DNA from: a virus
Lineage: Duplodnaviria > Heunggongvirae > Uroviricota > Caudoviricetes
Direction: 5' to 3' (one strand)
IMG/VR virus record: IMGVR_UViG_3300035208_003871
DNA: 64,000 nt
This document shows, piece by piece, positions 57,701 through 64,000 of the stretch; the stretch's first letter is position 1; every line of letters starts with the position of its first letter. Made by a program: the position numbers and the translations under genes. The notes beneath the pieces were generated by a model. It had not been told where the DNA came from. It searched no databases and saw only the letters and a program-made list of their open reading frames with translations.

Positions 57701-58015
57701 ATGAAATTTACAGGTATAAACGGAAATTACATCTCCATAACTCTGATCAATCCAGATAGACAGGATGATGGAAAAACCAAGTATGATGTACGAATATACA
57801 AGAGAACAGCTAAGCGAACAAAAAAGATATTATTAACAGATTACCAGACATTTATGAAAAAGTATGCAGCTGAAAAAGAAGCTGCTAACATGATTACAGG
57901 TATGTGTATAGATTACCTAAACGGAAACAAAAAACACAAAGATATTTACGAATATCTCAAAACCGTATTAGCAAAGCAGGAAATTGAGGATATTCACAAC
58001 ATAACCATAGTTTAA
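57701..58015 (+). CDS. Hypothetical basic protein (~104 aa).
   Basis: The ATG at 57701 is preceded by CTAAGGTTACAAGGTTATAAAATC. The ORF track starts upstream. Confidence 0.4.
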   Translation: MKFTGINGNYISITLINPDRQDDGKTKYDVRIYKRTAKRTKKILLTDYQTFMKKYAAEKEAANMITGMCIDYLNGNKKHKDIYEYLKTVLAKQEIEDIHNITIV

Positions 58016-58033
58016 TCGAAATGGTGAACAAAC

Positions 58034-58315
58034 ATGAAAATTAAAGTAAATGATACTGAATTTATCGATACTGATAAACTCAGAAAGGTATGTTCTGATG
58101 CTGATGGAATAGCAGTATTATACTATGCTCCTGAATCAAAGAGATTCTTTCGTGTGATTCCAGCTGGATATAAATCTGAAAATGAAGATATAGAGGAATG
58201 TCATTCATCCTTTGCATACGATTTTCTCCTACAAAATGTTTCAGATGCCGATGTAATCAATAAAAGAATTACTGCATTATTTCCAGACAAACCTCAGTTA
58301 CAGGAAGTTTTATAA
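58034..58315 (+). CDS. Hypothetical protein (93 aa).
   Basis: ORF. Confidence 0.4.
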   Translation: MKIKVNDTEFIDTDKLRKVCSDADGIAVLYYAPESKRFFRVIPAGYKSENEDIEECHSSFAYDFLLQNVSDADVINKRITALFPDKPQLQEVL

Positions 58316-58335
58316 AACAATTTTGGTGATTAAAA

Positions 58336-58497
58336 ATGAATCTAAAAGAATTTAGAGAATTGACTCATGATCTTGATGATGAAATGGACATCCTTATTAT
58401 CTATCCAGAAAATAATGGAGAAACTTTAACAGATTCAGATTCATCAAGTTTTCTAATTGGTAGAAATTTTGTAACAATTGGAGTCAGAAATTCATGA
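58336..58497 (+). CDS. Hypothetical 53-aa acidic protein.
   Basis: A small ORF with a TGATTAAAAATG context. Confidence 0.3.
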   Translation: MNLKEFRELTHDLDDEMDILIIYPENNGETLTDSDSSSFLIGRNFVTIGVRNS

Positions 58498-58659
58498 CCA
58501 TTTTTAAAGTAACACTGGAAATACACACAAATGAATCATACCGATCAGTAGATGAGCACATATGGAGATCACTTGATAATGATACATTCCAGATCCACGA
58601 CATAAACATCAAACGAGTGAATCAAGATATTATTATTGCGAGTTAAAAGGTGAACAAAC

Positions 58660-58986
58660 ATGAGTATTACAAAAAATTTAACTGAAAAACTAACTGGAAT
58701 GGGAATTTTTAGCAAAGACGATAAGTTAACACTTCGATCAATGCGTATGTTACATATCGTTAAGTATGAAAAGTCAGATGATGATGGTGAACCCGATAGT
58801 TTTGAATGGGGTACACCGGGTAAGGAAGGACATTTCAAAGTGTACGGTAACACAAAAAGCCCTGAACTATTCAAGAAAAAAATTGAAAATGCCCTCCTAT
58901 TACAGCAATGGGCAATTAACGAGATACAAATGCGTAAAATCTCAAATGAAGCAATTATCTCAAAAGTTCAGAAAAAGATTGAATGA
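58660..58986 (+). CDS. Hypothetical protein (108 aa).
   Basis: AAAGGTGAACAAAC lies before the ATG. Confidence 0.45.
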   Translation: MSITKNLTEKLTGMGIFSKDDKLTLRSMRMLHIVKYEKSDDDGEPDSFEWGTPGKEGHFKVYGNTKSPELFKKKIENALLLQQWAINEIQMRKISNEAIISKVQKKIE

Positions 58987-59035
58987 AAGTTTCATGAAAA
59001 TTTAATGAAAAATTATCTTTTATTGAGGTTAAGTC

Positions 59036-59779
59036 ATGAGCAACGTACAATTAATTAACAACCTTCCTTTTATGCTCTTATCCGGGTACAGTAATGATAA
59101 CATATGGTTAACAGTCCATAAAAAATCAGTTAAAAAGGGAGCATTACTTAAAAACAAAATGGATGGATACACAAGCATCCCACTCGCACATAATAAAATA
59201 TGCGATAGCAGGCGTGCAAATAAAGGAGTATCAAAAGACTGTATTTGTAGGTACTGTTATAGTTACATTCAAGCATCTATCCACCCATCTATTAGATCAA
59301 AGATGGAACACAACACAGTCCAGTTTTCAAATTTGGGATACATGCCAAAATTGATATACACCATTAACAACAGATTACGATACATTAGTTTCGGTGATGT
59401 CTCATCTCACATACAAGTAGTAAACATATTAAAGCACGCTCAGGTTAATGGTCATTTAAAGAAGGCGGTGTGGTCAAAAGCTTATGGTTACTGGAAAGGT
59501 AAACAACTAAACGGAAACATTGAAAATCTCAATCTCATCTGGAGCTGCAGCAAATTAAATTGTACAAAATTCATTATCCCCAAAGGATTTAATAAAAGCT
59601 TTTACGTATACACTGATGAAGAAAAATTAACAGATGCAAAAATTCAAGCACAAAAAGAAGGTCATAAAGTAATCGAATGTAATAAACAATGCAATGCCTG
59701 TAATTTTTGTTATGATGATTCAAGTTCATCAATTGTAATGGAATTACTAAAAATCGGTAAAGGAAAAGTTAATTTGTAA
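59036..59779 (+). CDS. Hypothetical Cys-rich protein (247 aa).
   Basis: ORF with GAGGTTAAGTC before the ATG. Cys clusters: CICRYCYSY and CNKQCNACNFC. Confidence 0.5.
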   Translation: MSNVQLINNLPFMLLSGYSNDNIWLTVHKKSVKKGALLKNKMDGYTSIPLAHNKICDSRRANKGVSKDCICRYCYSYIQASIHPSIRSKMEHNTVQFSNLGYMPKLIYTINNRLRYISFGDVSSHIQVVNILKHAQVNGHLKKAVWSKAYGYWKGKQLNGNIENLNLIWSCSKLNCTKFIIPKGFNKSFYVYTDEEKLTDAKIQAQKEGHKVIECNKQCNACNFCYDDSSSSIVMELLKIGKGKVNL

Positions 59780-59789
59780 AACACAGTGA

Positions 59790-60143
59790 TTGATTATGAA
59801 ACTTGAAACAAATCATCCATATGAAATATGGAAACTTGAAAAGATAGATAATCTTGTCTATTATGGAACATTTTGTGGTACAGTAGATAATTCTTCATTT
59901 AAATATGATAACTTAGTTCTAATTACGGATTGGGGATCTGAATCAGTAAGAATACTCACTGATTTAGATCATCCATTTAAAGTTATGGAGATGCATCTTT
60001 ATATCAATCCAGCACGAGCTAAAGTTAAAAATGTATCTGTAGATGATATAATGAATCTATTTAGTAAATGTATTGAAAAAAATGGAGGAAATCTTACCTA
60101 TGAGGGAATAACTGAATATTTCGCAATATTTACATCTGAATAA
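59790..60143 (+). CDS. Hypothetical protein (117 aa).
   Basis: ORF. Confidence 0.4.
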   Translation: MIMKLETNHPYEIWKLEKIDNLVYYGTFCGTVDNSSFKYDNLVLITDWGSESVRILTDLDHPFKVMEMHLYINPARAKVKNVSVDDIMNLFSKCIEKNGGNLTYEGITEYFAIFTSE

Positions 60144-60169
60144 AATAACGAAAGGATGAAGGTAATAAA

Positions 60170-61561
60170 ATGGTAAATTTTCAATGTAAAATCGTTAAAG
60201 GAAATATCCCCGATCCCGTTATGGATCGTATTACCAAATTACGATCATATGGGTATGAAGCATGGATCGTGGGAGGTGCATCTCTCTATCATTATGCCGG
60301 TAACCACTTAAACATAGACAAATATAAAACCCCTCCTAAAGATTATGATCTCTTTACCAATTGTACATCAGAAGTATTATTTAAAATCTTTAACGATATT
60401 AAACCAATTGGAGGTCAGGAAAGGTTATCCAGAATATTCACAGTTGTAACTTCAGACGGCATTGAAATAAGCACTTATCGTCAGGGAGGTAAACGTGAAG
60501 AAGTTGGTTTCAAAATAACCGATCATTTAGTTACTTGCGATTATACCATTAACAGTATTGCCTATGATGGTGAAGTACTAATCATCCCCGAAACCATCAA
60601 CGATCACTTAAAAGATAATAAACTGGTATCTATGGGAAACCCTCAAGATCGCATTGATGAAGATAATAATCGTCTCATGAGAGGGTTTAGATTCACCGGC
60701 AAATACAACCTATATATCGAACCTAAATTATATAAAGTATTACAAAACACTGATTTGAGCAAAATACCAGTAGAAAACATCAGGGATGAATTCTTTAAAT
60801 TAATTAAATATCCACACGGATTAAATGCTTTCATTGCATCAGGAAAGTTTTTTGAATTATTCCCTGAAATGAAACAAATGATAAATTTATATGGACAGTC
60901 AGTCTATCATGAAGAAGATGTATGGGATCATTCATTAACCACATATATCCAGATGAGCAAACTAACAGACGATCCCATACTATTATTCACCGCGCTATTT
61001 CACGATTATGGCAAACTATACACCAAAGATTCAGAAGGTAGATTCATTAAACATGATGAAATAGGATCAGAAAAGTTACAGTCTATATTAATCAGACTAA
61101 AAATAAAAACCAAAGATCAAAAACGTATATTGTGGTTAGTGAAAAATCATATGTGGGTTCTGAATGGAGAAAGTAAAAAGAGAAAGAAATGGTTCAGGTT
61201 CTTTAATTCAATGGAAGATTCGGGTTCTACTTATTCAGACTTTATGTTCATCCGGTATACCGATCACATCAGCAAAAAGTTAAACGGATCTTACCTCCAT
61301 GAAAATGAATCAACGATGAACTTCTATGAATTCATAAAATCAAATGTAATCACTGAATGGGTAATCCTTTATACATCAGGGCAATATCCAAAAAGAACTA
61401 ATAATCTAAACATAAACGGTAATGACATAATCTCATTAGGAATTCCACCCGGTCCTAAAATCGGCTTAATCCTAAACAAACTCTATGAAATGGTTATCGC
61501 TGATGAATTACCCAACATCCATGACAAACTAATAGATCAAGTTAAAAAATGGATAAAATAA
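60170..61561 (+). CDS. cca: tRNA nucleotidyltransferase (CCA-adding enzyme, class II) with a C-terminal HD domain (463 aa).
   Basis: A pol-beta-like head (EAWIVGGASLYHYAG...DYDLFT), an RxxRxxRF motif (NRLMRGFRF) and an HD motif (HSLTTY...FTALFHDYGK). Confidence 0.7.
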   Translation: MVNFQCKIVKGNIPDPVMDRITKLRSYGYEAWIVGGASLYHYAGNHLNIDKYKTPPKDYDLFTNCTSEVLFKIFNDIKPIGGQERLSRIFTVVTSDGIEISTYRQGGKREEVGFKITDHLVTCDYTINSIAYDGEVLIIPETINDHLKDNKLVSMGNPQDRIDEDNNRLMRGFRFTGKYNLYIEPKLYKVLQNTDLSKIPVENIRDEFFKLIKYPHGLNAFIASGKFFELFPEMKQMINLYGQSVYHEEDVWDHSLTTYIQMSKLTDDPILLFTALFHDYGKLYTKDSEGRFIKHDEIGSEKLQSILIRLKIKTKDQKRILWLVKNHMWVLNGESKKRKKWFRFFNSMEDSGSTYSDFMFIRYTDHISKKLNGSYLHENESTMNFYEFIKSNVITEWVILYTSGQYPKRTNNLNINGNDIISLGIPPGPKIGLILNKLYEMVIADELPNIHDKLIDQVKKWIK

Positions 61562-61727
61562 ATTTCCAAACAGTAGTTACTTGCAAATTTTATAATAAAA
61601 CTATCATTAGTTATTAGTTACTGGAAATAATTCATCATTAGTTACTCGCAAATTTTCACTTTAAATGTAAATCTATTGAGATTAACAAATGTTTTTATAG
61701 TTTAATAGCGAAGTATTATTTGCAAAC

Positions 61728-62087
61728 ATGACACGAGATCCTGAAACACAAAAGACTCTTGATGAATTAAGAAAAAAGTCAAGTATCATAAAGATGTTCG
61801 AAGAAGCAGTTGATAAGAACATCGAGGATGATCCAGTTACTCTCACGTTCACTCGCGGAGAGCTTGTATTCTTAATGATGATGAACAATCTTGCTATGGC
61901 TCATCAAATCAACGATGAAAAAGAGATAGAATTAGTTATGCCTATGATAGCCTATCTCGGTATGATTTATGGAGATTCTGCTATAAAAACACTTCATCAG
62001 GAAGGTAAAGAATCATACGAAAAGCTTTGGCAAGTCTCTAAAATCATGGGAGAAATAGAAAACGTAAAGGATGATTTCTTCAAATAA
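61728..62087 (+). CDS. Hypothetical protein (119 aa).
   Basis: ORF. Confidence 0.4.
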   Translation: MTRDPETQKTLDELRKKSSIIKMFEEAVDKNIEDDPVTLTFTRGELVFLMMMNNLAMAHQINDEKEIELVMPMIAYLGMIYGDSAIKTLHQEGKESYEKLWQVSKIMGEIENVKDDFFK

Positions 62088-62538
62088 AAATGGTAAAAAT
62101 GGTAAAAATGGTAATCACATGACAGGAAGATGGGATAGTAAAGAAAACGATTATGATAACAAACGACACAAAACATTCGTTGATAGAGGAGACAACCAAA
62201 GTAAACGCAATAACTCATCTAAACCAAACAAATCTGATAATCCAATAGATAACATCGTTGATAAGATCAAACGGTTAACTAATAAAGATTCAGAAGACAT
62301 AAAGTATTATCGTGTATTCTACATTCGAACAGTAGACAACAAAATCGATGATGTATTAGTCGAACATTACGAGACAAATGAATCAGTTTATATGGGTTTA
62401 GTTATAAATTCTGATCATAAAATGCAGCGTAGAAAAACTGACAATGGTGTAGTAATGTTTGAGTGGGAAGGTAAACCAAAAGACGGTAAACCAGTTAATT
62501 ATACAGCTATTTCTTATGCCATACATAACAACGATTAA
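62071..62538 (+). CDS. Hypothetical Lys/Asn/Asp-rich protein (155 aa).
   Basis: ORF. The start may be the internal ATG at 62119. Confidence 0.35.
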   Translation: MISSNKNGKNGKNGNHMTGRWDSKENDYDNKRHKTFVDRGDNQSKRNNSSKPNKSDNPIDNIVDKIKRLTNKDSEDIKYYRVFYIRTVDNKIDDVLVEHYETNESVYMGLVINSDHKMQRRKTDNGVVMFEWEGKPKDGKPVNYTAISYAIHNND

Positions 62539-62571
62539 AAATTAACGATTAACAACAATCAACCAAAACAT

Positions 62572-63258
62572 TTGACCAAAAATAACATGTCACAAAATAG
62601 ACAAAGGAAAGGATTCTGGGATCTTTCGGGTAATTCAGGAGAACCAGAATACATAAAATTTCCTAATCTATTACCAACAGTTTCAGACGAAAATGATAAT
62701 AACAACACGAAGGTGAACATGTCTCCATCATTAGGAATATTTACAAACAAAACAGACATATTCAGAGCATTAAAGCAACACTTAACCCCAGAAGAAACAG
62801 TAAAAATGGTCTTTGCAGATCCTTTTTATAAAGATGCTCTTACAGCACAGATGACTAACGATCCCAAAGAGCTAACAAAATTCGTAGCTTTAGATCTATT
62901 GGTAAGTTTAGTCATATACAACCAAAACGGAAAACGTGACAAGGAGTTATATCTTAAACTAAAACCATTAATTCAGTCAATATTCAGTATAAACGAACTA
63001 TACGACAAGGAAGATCTCAAGAAGTATGGAATGGAAAACGATCTGTTCATCAGTGAAGAATATGAAGCCACAATCGAAGAGATCCAAAATGCTCTCCCTA
63101 AAGAATTCCTACTTGACTACATACGCAAAAAGGTAACACTAACCGATCTGTTCGATGTCGATACCCTCAGTTTGTTCATCGAACAAACCTACCTCAAACC
63201 AACAAACAAAACACAAGACATAACCCAAACCCCCTGCAATAACTTAATGATAAATTAA
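62572..63258 (+). CDS. Hypothetical protein (228 aa).
   Basis: ORF. Confidence 0.45.
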   Translation: MTKNNMSQNRQRKGFWDLSGNSGEPEYIKFPNLLPTVSDENDNNNTKVNMSPSLGIFTNKTDIFRALKQHLTPEETVKMVFADPFYKDALTAQMTNDPKELTKFVALDLLVSLVIYNQNGKRDKELYLKLKPLIQSIFSINELYDKEDLKKYGMENDLFISEEYEATIEEIQNALPKEFLLDYIRKKVTLTDLFDVDTLSLFIEQTYLKPTNKTQDITQTPCNNLMIN

Positions 63259-63297
63259 AATTTAAACAAAATAAACTATGATAAACCATGATAAACC

Positions 63298-63546
63298 ATG
63301 ATAAATAAACAATCTGCATATTGTGCATTAAAAGGTATAAGTCCTCAGATTATACTTTTTGCATTTGGTATAATTATGTATTTATCTAATATACAAGTAT
63401 TAAGAGGAGCAGCATTCTGTTTAATTATAATAAATGCAATTGCCGGAATCATCTTATTCGTCAAGTTCTATAATGCCAATAGTGAACTACAAGAATTAGA
63501 AGATAAAATAAACAAATTAATAAAGTGCATAAAAAGTAAACAATGA
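63298..63546 (+). CDS. Small membrane protein (82 aa).
   Basis: Two hydrophobic helices. Confidence 0.4.
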   Translation: MINKQSAYCALKGISPQIILFAFGIIMYLSNIQVLRGAAFCLIIINAIAGIILFVKFYNANSELQELEDKINKLIKCIKSKQ

Positions 63547-63674
63547 AAGTAAACAATAATATCAAACAATGAGGATCATTATGGTTTAACAAGTTAATTA
63601 ACAAATCGTATAGTTGTTGAATAAAAGTTAACTTAAGTTTAACAAAAAATTAAACAAAAAATTAGAGGCAAAAC

Positions 63675-63905
63675 ATGCAAATTCGTGGAGTACAGATCGT
63701 AGGAGCAAATGAAGTAGTTATCAACCGAAGTCGTTATATTAAACAAAATAACGATTCATGGGTTCATTATGGAAAGAAAACTGAAGTCGTTATCCCTCAT
63801 GAAGTTATGGTAAATAGAATCCATAATGTAGCAGATAACTGGAATTTTGATGTATGGTTAAGCGAAAAAACTATCAACTTCAAGAATCCATACCTTATCT
63901 CATAA
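63675..63905 (+). CDS. Hypothetical protein (76 aa).
   Basis: AGAGGCAAAAC lies before the ATG. Confidence 0.4.
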   Translation: MQIRGVQIVGANEVVINRSRYIKQNNDSWVHYGKKTEVVIPHEVMVNRIHNVADNWNFDVWLSEKTINFKNPYLIS

Positions 63906-64000
63906 ATTTTTTCCAGTAAAGTTTTACAGTATATAAACCTAATAAACTAACATTAATGGTGGTGAAATGTCAGATAAATTAAATGAAAATGATTCAGAAA

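Noticed and set aside
1-64000. A search for CRISPR arrays, rRNA genes, integrase/recombinase genes and transposases.
   Set aside because: No regularly spaced 25-40-bp repeats with unique spacers, no rRNA-like conserved blocks, and no tyrosine or serine recombinase motifs (for example the R..H..R..Y tetrad) were recognised by eye. A profile search is needed to be sure.

Overview
This 64 kb window is AT-rich (roughly one-third G+C) and reads as part of a large tailed double-stranded DNA virus (Caudoviricetes-like) genome or provirus. It falls into three blocks.

Block 1 (1-33021, almost entirely minus strand) is a packaging and morphogenesis operon. In transcription order it holds a small product, a flotillin/SPFH protein, a protein with a YGDN...GKGGAA motif, a two-helix membrane protein, the small and large terminase subunits, the portal, a protease/scaffold-like protein, a head protein, an HK97-like major capsid protein, a connector, a very basic 352-aa protein, two paralogous major tail proteins, a tail chaperone pair with a probable programmed frameshift, a 3326-aa tape-measure protein, four tail or baseplate proteins, and the start of a fibre. 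A short plus-strand island (a GNAT acetyltransferase and a Cys-rich protein) is inserted into it.

Block 2 (33.1-40.8 kb, plus strand) is a tightly packed run of about 30 mini-genes, many with ATGA start/stop overlaps. About ten encode CxxC zinc-ribbon proteins and one encodes an RNase H. It is followed on the minus strand by an archaeal-type histone-fold gene and a zinc-finger gene.

Block 3 (41.5-64 kb) is mostly non-structural and contains:
- a nested inverted-repeat element;
- a 2.3 kb array of nine cytosine-poor, tandemly overlapping paralogous small ORFs sharing a C-W-N-C motif;
- a 1.3 kb repeat region (direct repeats, TATA-like boxes and an AT-rich stretch) that may be an origin or regulatory hub;
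- a plus-strand gene module with strong AAAGGAG ribosome-binding sites;
- an ArdC-like antirestriction protein;
- a class-II CCA tRNA nucleotidyltransferase with an HD domain.

No rRNA gene, canonical tRNA gene, CRISPR array, integrase or transposase was recognised. Host signals conflict: the histone, the many zinc-ribbon proteins and the TATA-like boxes point to archaea, while the SD-led genes and a bacterial-type CCA enzyme do not decide it. All functional calls rest on motif recognition by eye and need profile searches.
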